From Candidatus Saccharimonadota bacterium (GTDB taxonomy: Bacteria > Patescibacteriota > Saccharimonadia > Saccharimonadales > UBA4665), in assembly GCA_003516025.1 (NCBI GenBank), contig CP023991.1:661374-693373 (forward strand): a DNA stretch of 32,000 nt, written 5' to 3'. The notes beneath the pieces are model-generated. The model searched no databases, had not been told where the DNA came from, and worked only from the letters and a program-made list of their open reading frames with translations. Positions 23,684-32,000 of this stretch are shown piece after piece; within the stretch, counting starts at the first letter, position 1, and each line of letters starts with the position of its first letter. The translations under genes and the position numbers were made by a program.

Positions 23684-24697
23684 CTAAGAGACGGGGAAGT
23701 ATGCGGCCATCGCGGCCTCAGTTATCGCATGGAATGTAGCCTGGGTGTCAGCGTTATCGCCCACGCCATAACCGGTATAGGTATAAATAGTCAGAACAAT
23801 GGTCTTTTTGCCGTTAGAAATAATTGCCACATCATGCATAAGGCCCTCCAGCCAGCCAGCCTTGTGATATACCGTATACCCGGTACCGTATTGCTGGACG
23901 CTGCCAACAATGTAGTCCTGCTTAATAGACTGTCCCATGTAACTCAAAAGTAATTGCTTATGCTCTGAATCGACGAGCTTGCCGGTATAGAACTGTTGCA
24001 TGAGGCGGGCCATGTCGGCCGGAATAAAGGTGTTCACATCAGGATCATAATCCGTCCAACCCAGGCGGGTCATATAATCCGCCAAGGTCTCATGAGTGAG
24101 GTAACCGTTTAAGGCTTCCCAGGCGGCGTTATCACTGTTGACAACCATATTTTTGAGTAATGTCTGTACCGAAATACCGCTGATCTTATCGGTCAACGAT
24201 ATATCACCGCTTTCCACTTGGCGCAGTACGGCGATAGCCGTAATAAGTTTCGCTGTGCTGGCTCCGGTAAATGTACCGTTATCACCTAGAGACGTAATAG
24301 CTCCATCGGATACGTCAACCGAAGACACGGCGATATCCTGGCCGGTATGTTCAGCAATTATTTTATTTACAGTCGTAGCGTATGTATCCATTCGGGCTTT
24401 CTGGGCTGCGGCAGCAGCCTGCGCGGCCGCCTCGGCTGCACGTTGTTCGGCGGCATTACTGAGAGCGTGGATGACCCCGCTTGACGAGTTTACACCAAAC
24501 AGCAGAAAGTAACCGCCTAACAGGGCGACAAGGGCCATAACGATAAAACGACGTGACTTACGGCTTGGGCCAGCCACGTGAGGTACGCCTGGCGTAATAG
24601 GTCGATGCCACTGCGCGGGAATAGAACGGGCGTCCGGCGTCCGGGTGGAGCGCTGGTCATTCATACGGCTAAAATCAGGAATGTTGCTGTATAACAT
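23684..24697 (-). CDS. Membrane-anchored class-A beta-lactamase-like serine hydrolase / PBP-like protein
   Basis: An N-terminal TM (FIVMALVALLGGYFLLFGV), an Ala/Gln-rich linker, then SxxK (GASTAKL), SDN (VNSDNAAW) and a KTG-like HKAGW. Confidence 0.8.
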   Translation of the reverse strand: MLYSNIPDFSRMNDQRSTRTPDARSIPAQWHRPITPGVPHVAGPSRKSRRFIVMALVALLGGYFLLFGVNSSSGVIHALSNAAEQRAAEAAAQAAAAAQKARMDTYATTVNKIIAEHTGQDIAVSSVDVSDGAITSLGDNGTFTGASTAKLITAIAVLRQVESGDISLTDKISGISVQTLLKNMVVNSDNAAWEALNGYLTHETLADYMTRLGWTDYDPDVNTFIPADMARLMQQFYTGKLVDSEHKQLLLSYMGQSIKQDYIVGSVQQYGTGYTVYHKAGWLEGLMHDVAIISNGKKTIVLTIYTYTGYGVGDNADTQATFHAITEAAMAAYFPVS

Positions 24698-24866
24698 AGG
24701 CTTCAGTGTACCGACCGGTTATTAAAGTAGCCTTAAAGGTCATCTTTGGCAGCCTGGCCAGGTACTTTTACTGTTTATTTTGGTTGCCTATATACGATTG
24801 TACCTTAAAACGCGCTTATGAAAATAAAAATATCCGCTTCAGCGCAAATAAGCACTACGGTGAGTG

Positions 24867-25469
24867 TTACCGGTTCCACCGCCTATTGACGGCAGTCTGA
24901 TATATTGGGCCGCTTTCGGCGAGAACGATCAGTTTGCGCTTATAAGAAATTAAGCCGCGATCGGCAGGGTCGAGATAGACTCTTGATCCGTTCGTGCTAT
25001 CGAGATCCTGTAAATGGATATAGCCCCGCAGTGCCCCGAAGTGCAACCCCAAGTGTCGGCGACTCACCGTAGAGGATAACCCCAGTTCAGGAGTGGCGTC
25101 TGTGCCACGGCCAATAACAACCGAACCTCGGGAAAGCGTTCGGTACCTGTCTAGGCCCGCGAGCGCAATGCCCGACTCATGGCTCACGCCGCTGTCAAGC
25201 AATATAGCAGCTTCCGGTTGCTCAGCGCTCAAATTCCGGACGATATACAGGCTGTCGGGATTCGGGACTTCGCTCTCTGGCTGGGTAAAGTCCTCGGTGG
25301 CAAGTTGAGACATTTCCAAGATGTCTGAACCAAGCTTCATATATATCGGCCGTCTCGGGTTGGGCAGTAATTCCAACTGGCCACTGTCATCAAGAGCAGA
25401 GCTGTTAAAATTCATAAGGTTTATTTCATACATGTCCGGCAATTTTGCCTGTACTGACTCCGCGCTCAT
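24867..25469 (-). CDS. FHA-domain protein
   Basis: C-terminal FHA domain: VVIGRGTDATPELGLSSTVSRRHLGLHF...IHLQDLDSTNGSRV. The start is set at ATG 25469 (MSAESVQ) because the ORF-track TTG at 25505 coincides with a -35 box. Confidence 0.8.
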   Translation of the reverse strand: MSAESVQAKLPDMYEINLMNFNSSALDDSGQLELLPNPRRPIYMKLGSDILEMSQLATEDFTQPESEVPNPDSLYIVRNLSAEQPEAAILLDSGVSHESGIALAGLDRYRTLSRGSVVIGRGTDATPELGLSSTVSRRHLGLHFGALRGYIHLQDLDSTNGSRVYLDPADRGLISYKRKLIVLAESGPIYQTAVNRRWNR

Positions 25470-25476
25470 ATAGTTT

Positions 25477-25505
25477 ATTATACCATAAATATTCTTTTGC
25501 GACAA
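25477..25505 (-). promoter_or_regulatory. Near-consensus promoter TTGTCG-N17-(TGg)TATAAT, 7 nt upstream of the FHA ATG (leaderless or near-leaderless mRNA)
   Basis: On the minus strand: -35 at 25505-25500, an extended -10 TGGTATAAT with the hexamer at 25482-25477, then AAACTAT and ATG (25469). Confidence 0.5.
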
Positions 25506-25529
25506 TTTATGGTGGCATTTTATTGATTA

Positions 25530-25558
25530 TTGCCATTTTTTGTCGCTTATGTCATAAT
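25530..25558 (+). promoter_or_regulatory. Candidate promoter TTGCCA-N17-CATAAT for the typA leader
   Basis: -35 at 25530-25535 and -10 at 25553-25558, each with 5 of 6 matches to consensus, separated by a 17-nt spacer. Confidence 0.45.
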
Positions 25559-25574
25559 GGTAACTAAGATTTGA

Positions 25575-25617
25575 CGCCCCGCGTTAGCTAGGAACCACGA
25601 CGCACGGGCGCTTTTTT
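25575..25617 (+). terminator. Terminator-like GC-rich hairpin with T6 inside the typA 5' leader (possible attenuator or short sRNA end)
   Basis: 25575-25579 pairs with 25606-25610 (5 bp). After a 1x2 internal loop, 25581-25584 pairs with 25600-25603 (4 bp). The loop is 15 nt, followed by TTTTTT (25612-25617). typA ATG is at 25648. Confidence 0.45.
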
Positions 25618-25647
25618 ATGAAGAGCAACTAATCAACGGAAAACATT

Positions 25648-27483
25648 ATGGCCCAAGCAAACCAAGACCCTACTAAAATTCGTAACGTCGCTATTATCGC
25701 CCACGTCGACCATGGCAAAACTACGCTTGTCGACGGACTTTTAAAACAGTCCCAAACTTTCCGTGACAACCAGGCCGAGATGAGCCAGGAGCTGATTATG
25801 GACAGCGGCGACCAGGAACGCGAGCGCGGCATTACCATTACCGCTAAAGTTACCGCTGTACAGCACGGCGACTACCGGGTGAACATCATCGACACGCCAG
25901 GCCACGCCGATTTCTCGGGTGAGGTCGAACGCACACTGAACCTGGCCGACGGCTGTTTGTTGATCGTCGACGCCCAGGAAGGCCCGATGCCGCAGACCAA
26001 ATTCGTGCTTACCAAGGCCCTGGCCAACGGATTGAAGCCGATCGTCGTCATCAATAAGATCGACAAGCCTGGCGCCCGCATCAAGGATGTCGAGAACGAG
26101 CTGTCCGACCTGTTCTTAGAGCTGGCTGTTCATGAAGACCAGTTATTCTACCCGGTTTACTACGCCATTGGCCGCGCCGGAAAAGCCTGGAAACAACCGC
26201 CGGCAGACGCCGAAGGGGAAGACGCTGACCTCAGCGTTATCTTTGACGCTATTATTAACGAAATTCCTGCTCCAAGCGTAGAGCTGGACAAACCATTCCA
26301 GATGCTCGTCACCGCGCTGGCCTGGGACAACTTTAAGGGTAAGTACGCCATTGGCCGTATCACCCGTGGCCGCGTTAAGGGCGGTGATCAGGTTATACTC
26401 TGCAAGAAAGACGGTTCACAGACTAAAGCCAAAGTGGAACTGGTATTCATGAGCCACGGCGTATCAAAGTTCGAAGTGCCGGAAGGCGTCGCCGGTGACA
26501 TCGTACAGCTCACCGGTATCGCTGACGCCAAAATCGGTGAAACTATTGCCGATGCGAGCAATCCTGAAGCTCTGCCAGTCCTTGAAGTTGAAGCACCAAC
26601 CCTGCAGATTTTCCTCGGGCCAAATACCAGCCCCTTCAAGGGCCAGGAAGGCGAGTTTAACACCAGCCGCCAGATTGGCGACCGTTTGCAGAAAGAACTG
26701 GAAACTAACGTCGGCCTGCGCGTTGAAGACGAAGGCATTGGCTTTAAAGTTTCCGGCCGCGGCGAACTGCATCTCTCCGTACTAATTGAAACGATGCGCC
26801 GTGAAGGTTTTGAATTCGAAGTCGGCCGGCCGCAGGTTGTTACCGTCCAGCAAGATGGCCAGACTATGGAACCAGTCGAAGAACTGATCATTGAAGTACC
26901 AGCCGAACACGTCGGTGCCGTTCAGATGGAGCTCGGCCAGCGCCGCGCCGCCCTTAAGGAGCAATTCGCCAGCCCAAAGGGCGTGACAAAGCTCGTGTAC
27001 GAGTTGCCGACCCGCGCTTTGCTTGGTCTGCGCAACACACTGCTGACCAACACCAAGGGAACTATCGTCATGAACAGCCTGGTGACCGGCTACCAGCCGC
27101 TTGGCGCCGCCTTGCAGCAGCTGCGTAACGGCGTACTCATTTCCTACGAAACCGGCGTTACCACGCCATACGCTCTCCAGAATGCCGAAGCCCGTGGTAC
27201 TACTTATGTCGGTCCAGCCGAAAAAGTTTATGCCGGACAAATCGTCGGTCTCAACACCCGCCAAGAAGATATGGAGATTAACGTCTGCAAAGCTAAACAC
27301 CTTACCAACATGCGCTCCAGCTCATCCGATGGCGTCGTCCAGTTGACACCACCCGTAATCTTCAGCCTGGAAGAGTGCCTTGATTTCATTGAAAACGACG
27401 AGCTTTTGGAAGTAACGCCAAAATCGCTTCGCCTCCGCAAGCGCGAACTCGACCCCAACAAGCGCAAGCGCGGCAACAAATAA
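25648..27483 (+). CDS. typA: Translational GTPase TypA/BipA
   Basis: [27 protein letters not shown] and NKIDK are present. The EF-G-like domain order and the characteristic C-terminal domain run over the full 611 aa. Confidence 0.97.
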   Translation: MAQANQDPTKIRNVAIIAHVDHGKTTLVDGLLKQSQTFRDNQAEMSQELIMDSGDQERERGITITAKVTAVQHGDYRVNIIDTPGHADFSGEVERTLNLADGCLLIVDAQEGPMPQTKFVLTKALANGLKPIVVINKIDKPGARIKDVENELSDLFLELAVHEDQLFYPVYYAIGRAGKAWKQPPADAEGEDADLSVIFDAIINEIPAPSVELDKPFQMLVTALAWDNFKGKYAIGRITRGRVKGGDQVILCKKDGSQTKAKVELVFMSHGVSKFEVPEGVAGDIVQLTGIADAKIGETIADASNPEALPVLEVEAPTLQIFLGPNTSPFKGQEGEFNTSRQIGDRLQKELETNVGLRVEDEGIGFKVSGRGELHLSVLIETMRREGFEFEVGRPQVVTVQQDGQTMEPVEELIIEVPAEHVGAVQMELGQRRAALKEQFASPKGVTKLVYELPTRALLGLRNTLLTNTKGTIVMNSLVTGYQPLGAALQQLRNGVLISYETGVTTPYALQNAEARGTTYVGPAEKVYAGQIVGLNTRQEDMEINVCKAKHLTNMRSSSSDGVVQLTPPVIFSLEECLDFIENDELLEVTPKSLRLRKRELDPNKRKRGNK

Positions 27484-27487
27484 ACCG

Positions 27488-28087
27488 TTAGCGCATATCC
27501 TTCAGAAAACGAGTAAAAGTACGGGCGCCGAACACAATTTGCGAGCCGATCATATAAGCATGTCCCGAAACGGCTACACACTGGTTGTATGCGCCCTCGA
27601 TAACGCTATCAGCTTGGGCGACAACCGGGTCGGTTCGGGCGTAGCGCGATAAAATACGTCGCCGGTGTCCGGAATCAAACTGCCGTAACGACGTTTGGCA
27701 CTGGCGTACCGAATCAATAAAAGCAGGAGCGTGCCGGTAGTAGTAACTGCCAATAGCGGCCGGGCGATTGACCTTACCGGCTATAAGCACGCAGCCGACC
27801 AGTTTATCCTTACGCGCAGCATAAGCATTGATTACAGCGGAAGCGCCGGCACTGGCACCGACGAGAGCCACCGGCGAGCCTTCGGCCAGTAGTTCGTCGA
27901 TTCGGCGCAGCAAACGGACCTGTTTGGCTTCCCATGGCTCGCCGTCAGCCCAGCACATACGAACCACTTCGGCGGAAACACCCCACAGGCGCCATGTATT
28001 GACGGCGGCCTGCTGCCCACGCACCCGATTATCACCGAGTCCAGGAATATATATACAGTGCAGTTTTCGTGACATCCAGATCAGCAT
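27488..28087 (-). CDS. Alpha/beta-hydrolase-fold protein (putative serine esterase)
   Basis: YIPGLGDN, the nucleophile elbow LVGASAGAS (GxSxG) and a C-terminal SGHAY. The specific family is not resolved. Confidence 0.6.
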   Translation of the reverse strand: MLIWMSRKLHCIYIPGLGDNRVRGQQAAVNTWRLWGVSAEVVRMCWADGEPWEAKQVRLLRRIDELLAEGSPVALVGASAGASAVINAYAARKDKLVGCVLIAGKVNRPAAIGSYYYRHAPAFIDSVRQCQTSLRQFDSGHRRRILSRYARTDPVVAQADSVIEGAYNQCVAVSGHAYMIGSQIVFGARTFTRFLKDMR

Positions 28088-28182
28088 AGCATGTTACTTG
28101 CGATACTACAGTAAGGCTACAGGCATGCTTGACCCATAAAATTAATTCAAGTGCTTATGCTTTTAGAGTACAATAGGCAGAG

Positions 28183-29109
28183 ATGACTACCGTTTATTAC
28201 AATGCGGTCAAAGATGCCGCCGTCAGTATTGCCGACACGCCAAAAAACGGATCGTGGATCTCCGTTATGGGGCCGGATGTCAGCGAGCTCGATCAACTGG
28301 CCGGCAACTACGGCCTGGACCGTGACCTTCTCGGTGACGCCGTCGACATTTATGAGGCACCCCGTATCGAAAAAGATGGTAACAATGTATACGTTTATAC
28401 GCGTTATTGTTACCCGGAGGGCAGGGAAATCGCTACCGAGCCGCTATTGCTGGTACTGACACCTGACTATCTTATAACCGTTATGCGGGCCGATACTACG
28501 ATCCTCAACCGCTTCACGAGCGGCCGGATCATTACTACTACGACGCAGAAAACCCGCCTGTTATTACAGATACTCGAAGAAATTAACCGCTCCTACTTGC
28601 TGCAGATGAACCGTGTTTCCAAACAGATCCTGCGCATGCGGGCCTTATTGAGACAATCACAGATCAGTAACCGCGACTTCGTAGGCATGATCGAGCTGGA
28701 AGAGGACCTTAACGAATTCGTCTCCGCGCTCGTACCGCAAGCCGCCTTACTATCGGCTTTTACCTCAACGAAGTATTTCCGCTTATACGAAGAGGATAAA
28801 GAGCTTATCGAAGATTTGACGCTCGAGGCCCGTGAGCTCACTGAACTGACCAAATCACGCCTGCGTACACTGGTAAACATCCGCCAGGCATATGACGCTA
28901 TCGCCACTAACAACCTGAACCAGACTTTCAAACGCCTGACCAGCATCGCCATCTTCATGTCGATACCAACCCTGATCGGTGGTTTCTGGGGCATGAACGT
29001 GGCGGTACCGTTCCAAAACTACGAGCACGCCTTTACCTTGGTGGTCTGTTTTGCCATCGCCTGCGTAACGGTGGCGGTTTGGTTCTTCCGGTCTAAGAAG
29101 TGGTTTTAA
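28183..29109 (+). CDS. corA: CorA-family Mg2+/Co2+ transporter
   Basis: The GFWGMNV (GMN) motif lies at the end of TM1, followed by a second TM and an FRSKKWF tail. A long cytoplasmic N-domain precedes them. Confidence 0.9.
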   Translation: MTTVYYNAVKDAAVSIADTPKNGSWISVMGPDVSELDQLAGNYGLDRDLLGDAVDIYEAPRIEKDGNNVYVYTRYCYPEGREIATEPLLLVLTPDYLITVMRADTTILNRFTSGRIITTTTQKTRLLLQILEEINRSYLLQMNRVSKQILRMRALLRQSQISNRDFVGMIELEEDLNEFVSALVPQAALLSAFTSTKYFRLYEEDKELIEDLTLEARELTELTKSRLRTLVNIRQAYDAIATNNLNQTFKRLTSIAIFMSIPTLIGGFWGMNVAVPFQNYEHAFTLVVCFAIACVTVAVWFFRSKKWF

Positions 29110-29266
29110 GCCTACAGCAGACGCGCCCAAAGTAGTAGCATGTAACCATGCAGAGCCGCTCATACATGAAGGTCTTTACTGCTATTGACATAAGCGCTAT
29201 TACACCCGCTGTCAAGAGGGGTTTGAATCCAGATTATACCAAGCCCGTTACCGTACATGTTTACCG

Positions 29267-30766
29267 TTACTGGTCGGTAGGCGTCAGCAGATTGGTTTGC
29301 GTCAGAATGGACTGGCCGGTAGCGCTGGTTGGCGGCGTAATGGAGTACAGGTTGCGGTAATCACGGTCAAAGAAAGGCAGGAAGTTGGGACTAGCCGCCG
29401 ATAAGGTCTGCATGTTGATATTGTCGTAGTCGAATATCACCAGCTTGCCGCCACTAACGTAGCTAACCCGGTGGCCGTCCATCCAAACCGCGTGGCTTTG
29501 CGGAGCGTCGAGCGGCTGAGAAGTAGCGTAGGTATAATTTTTATCAGTTTCAGCATCAAAAATGGCAAAGCTTGTGGCGTTCTCGATCATCACGAAACGG
29601 GTATTACTGGAAAAGGCCAGGTAATTAGGCGCGGTTACCCGCAGCACCTGCACCGGTACCAGATTCTGTATTTTGCCGGTTTTGCGGACTGCCTGCGGGT
29701 TGCGGAAGACATAAACCTTGTTATCTACGCTCGAGCCAACGGCAACATACCAGTCACCGTCGTATTGCGCCAAGTCAAGTAAGTAGGGGCCGCCAGCCGC
29801 ATGGTCGCGGATTTTGTAGGTAACGTCACCATCTTTAAGCATCGTTAGTACTTTACCGGCTGGAGCGTCAGTTTCCGTAGCATACAGCAGGATGTCCTGG
29901 CCATAGGACTTGAAGGCCAGGACGTTGGTCAATTCCGGTGTTACCGTAGCGGGATCATCCAGATCAACCGAGCTGACAGTCTTAGCGGACGGGTCGGAGA
30001 GATAATATTTATCAAACTTCTTGTCGTGTAGTGACAAGACCTGGCCGGGGTTAAGCTTTAAAGTCTTGGTCAGGTTTACCGTTTTAGCGGCGTCAGTGCG
30101 GTCTACTAAGATGTACTCCGTGCCGCCGGCGAACGCGTGCTGCAGCACCGCGTGCCGGTTATCGGTCGACCACTCTGTAAGCTGCCAGCTTTGTCCGTCG
30201 CTATCCGGGCTGCTGATGACGCTGTCCGGTAGGGAAAGCGCCGTGACATCCTCGGTAACCGCCTTTGGATCACCCAGGTCGTGGACTTCAAAGACCTGCG
30301 TGCTGCCAACCTGCTGCGTCAGTAACCAGCGCCGGTCGGGACTCTGGGTGGCTAAGCCGGGAAGCGAGCTGAAATTCTTAAGCGGCGTAGCCGTAAGATT
30401 ATTCGGGATTAACAATGGGTAGTCATAGCGGACAACGCTGCCGCCCGTGACATTGACGGTGCGCTGCCATGTACGGTAGTCTTTGCGCTTGATGTCCAGC
30501 TTGTAGGTGCCTTCAGCCAGCTGGAGGCGGGTATTGGTCGTGTCTTTATACTCTTTGCCATCAAGCAAAATCTGCGCGTCACCCGGCTGTGACGAGACAA
30601 AGACCAGGCCGTTCTGGACAACCTGGCCGTCCTTACCCAAACCAAAGCCGTACGCCTGGTAGAGCAGGATTACGGTGGCGACAAGTATACCCAAGCCAAT
30701 CAAAACATATCCGATTACCAGTCGGATCATATGCTTGCGGTGTTTACGTGGGTCGAGAAAATCCAT
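29267..30766 (-). CDS. PEGA-domain membrane protein with large beta-rich (propeller-like) extracytoplasmic region
   Basis: An N-terminal TM (LVIGYVLIGLGILVATVILL), then a PEGA-type module (AQILLDGKEYKDTTNTRLQLAEGTYKLDIKRKDYRTWQRTVNV), then about 380 aa of repeated beta-strand-like sequence. Confidence 0.7.
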   Translation of the reverse strand: MDFLDPRKHRKHMIRLVIGYVLIGLGILVATVILLYQAYGFGLGKDGQVVQNGLVFVSSQPGDAQILLDGKEYKDTTNTRLQLAEGTYKLDIKRKDYRTWQRTVNVTGGSVVRYDYPLLIPNNLTATPLKNFSSLPGLATQSPDRRWLLTQQVGSTQVFEVHDLGDPKAVTEDVTALSLPDSVISSPDSDGQSWQLTEWSTDNRHAVLQHAFAGGTEYILVDRTDAAKTVNLTKTLKLNPGQVLSLHDKKFDKYYLSDPSAKTVSSVDLDDPATVTPELTNVLAFKSYGQDILLYATETDAPAGKVLTMLKDGDVTYKIRDHAAGGPYLLDLAQYDGDWYVAVGSSVDNKVYVFRNPQAVRKTGKIQNLVPVQVLRVTAPNYLAFSSNTRFVMIENATSFAIFDAETDKNYTYATSQPLDAPQSHAVWMDGHRVSYVSGGKLVIFDYDNINMQTLSAASPNFLPFFDRDYRNLYSITPPTSATGQSILTQTNLLTPTDQ

Positions 30767-30907
30767 AAAGAGTTACCTATATAGTACCACTAGTACCTGG
30801 GCGCACGCTTAAAAAATGCTGTGTATAAATCCGCTTGCGGTTATAAAGCACAAGCGCTACTATATGTTAGAAGACCGCTTAAGTAAGTAGGACAAAAACA
30901 CAGGGAT

Positions 30908-32000
30908 ATGGCAAACAATAGTAACACTATAGAGATTAACGGCAAGCGCTACGACGCGATCACCGGCAAGCAGCTCAGCGGCATATCTGCTCACGCAGTA
31001 CACAGTAATGCTCCGGCGAAAGGTAAATACGTAGACGGCTTCCACCGCGTCAGTAAATCAGCGGCTGGCGGCACTACCGTCCTTAAACCACTGCCCAAAA
31101 AAGCAGTGAAGACACCCGCGAAAGTCAGCACCCCTAGAGTACGTGCTACCGCGAAGCATGCTGCCGCCCATAAACCGCAGCCAGCTAAAACGCTGATGCG
31201 CAGCGTCGTTAAAAAGCCCCTGATCACCGCGCCATCGGTTATAAAAGCCCAGGCCCGGACAGACATCTTGGCTACAATCCCTCAGCACACAATTACACCA
31301 AAGCTTTCCCAGCACCTAATTAATCCGCAGCGCCAGAAAAAGGCCGCTCAAATGATCAAGAGCCCGCAGATTGCCCGTTACGCGCCGGCTACGACAGTAA
31401 AGGCAATCGCCCAGCCAGCCAACTCGCTGCATGCGGCCGTCCGGCGGCCGGCTAGGCACTCCATAGATGCCATCCAAACATCTCTCCAGCATGCCAAATC
31501 AGCTAAAGCCGTACCGGTGATACCCGTCGTGCCAACTCGTGCCACAGCTCCGAAAAAAGACATTTTCGCCGAGGCTTTAGCAAACGCGACCAGCCATGAA
31601 AACGTTCACCATACCAAGAAGGCCGCTTCCAGCCGGCGCAAGCGCCTGAGCGGCGTTCTCAGCATCGCTGTCTGCCTGTTGGTTATCGCCGGTTTCCTAG
31701 CCTACGTGAACACGCCAGCCCTCACTATGCGCGTAGCCTCTACCAAAGCTGGTTTCTCGGCAAAACTTCCTAACTACAGTCCCGCCGGATTTAATTTTGG
31801 CAATCTGAGCTATGGCCCCGGTAATGTAACCGTTAGCTATAAAGATAAAGCCGACACGGACCGCTCATACAACATAACCCAGCGGGCGTCTAACTGGGAC
31901 AGCCAGGCGTTGCTTAGCAACTTCGTGGCAACCGCCAATAAGGCTTACCAGACATACCAGCAGGCCGGCCGCACCGTCTACCTGTATGGCAATAATACAG
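30908..32000 (+). CDS. Single-pass membrane protein, 5' portion (3' end outside the window)
   Basis: By hand codon-splitting, the frame from ATG 30908 is open to the window end (364 codons). It is not in the ORF track because no stop is reached. A basic Lys/Pro/Ala-rich N-region is followed by a TM helix (VLSIAVCLLVIAGFLAYV) and an extracytoplasmic domain (KLPNYSPAGFNFGNLSYGPGNVTVSY), possibly DUF4367-like. Confidence 0.6.
   Translation, partial: MANNSNTIEINGKRYDAITGKQLSGISAHAVHSNAPAKGKYVDGFHRVSKSAAGGTTVLKPLPKKAVKTPAKVSTPRVRATAKHAAAHKPQPAKTLMRSVVKKPLITAPSVIKAQARTDILATIPQHTITPKLSQHLINPQRQKKAAQMIKSPQIARYAPATTVKAIAQPANSLHAAVRRPARHSIDAIQTSLQHAKSAKAVPVIPVVPTRATAPKKDIFAEALANATSHENVHHTKKAASSRRKRLSGVLSIAVCLLVIAGFLAYVNTPALTMRVASTKAGFSAKLPNYSPAGFNFGNLSYGPGNVTVSYKDKADTDRSYNITQRASNWDSQALLSNFVATANKAYQTYQQAGRTVYLYGNNT

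Noticed and set aside
24706-24900. 64-aa plus-strand ORF in the spacer between the FHA and hydrolase genes
   Set aside because: It starts at a non-ATG codon with no RBS, overlaps the FHA 3' end, and has an implausible Cys/Tyr/Phe-rich composition.
25470-25505. TTG start at 25505 for the FHA gene
   Set aside because: That TTG is the first base triplet of a TTGTCG -35 box, which is spaced 17 nt from TGGTATAAT. The promoter reading explains the sequence better than a 12-codon extension without an RBS.
26388-27300. 167-aa and 172-aa minus-strand ORFs, plus several smaller ones, inside typA
   Set aside because: They are antisense to a highly conserved GTPase gene and their composition is low-complexity (Ser/Pro/Thr-rich), typical of shadow frames. 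The same reasoning applies to the antisense ORFs inside the baeRF-like, kinase, CorA and PEGA genes.
29165-29245. GGGGTTTGAATCC, resembling a tRNA T-arm
   Set aside because: The flanking sequence forms no acceptor, D or anticodon stems, so it is not a tRNA.

Overview
Gene-dense chromosomal segment with about 33 protein-coding genes on both strands. I recognised no rRNA, tRNA, CRISPR array, transposase or integrase. The envelope genes (an LPXTG sortase substrate, an LCP transferase, a PEGA protein, a membrane-anchored class-A beta-lactamase-like hydrolase) point to a monoderm-type bacterium. That content, plus almost spacer-free convergent gene junctions, fits a small-genome lineage such as Saccharibacteria/CPR, but this is inference only. 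Confident housekeeping calls are typA/bipA, an ABC-F ATPase, corA, radC, bacterial topoisomerase IB, a DJ-1/PfpI protein, a histidine phosphatase and a YfcE-type metallophosphoesterase. Signalling is dense: an OmpR-type regulator with a multi-TM kinase, and a PAS-PAS-GAF kinase followed by a single-domain receiver and a REC-kinase hybrid. The left edge carries the 3' part of a phage tail-fibre-like repeat protein. Leads most worth follow-up: (1) a two-component operon whose kinase is translationally coupled to a divergent class I isoprenoid-synthase-like protein with two DDxxD motifs; (2) a membrane-anchored two-ring Clp/Hsp100-like AAA+ ATPase that lacks an M-domain and a ClpP loop, has a DD Walker B in ring 1, and is ATGA-coupled to a small membrane protein; (3) a bacterial eRF1-fold (baeRF-like) protein; (4) a terminator-like leader upstream of typA, next to a near-consensus promoter implying a leaderless FHA gene; (5) a roughly 400-bp low-coding region with a tight 42-aa sORF upstream of a radC operon containing two unknown small proteins; (6) two decayed genes, a Y-family polymerase N-terminal stub and a 1-nt frameshifted small ORF. 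All family assignments come from reading motifs by eye. No database search was run.
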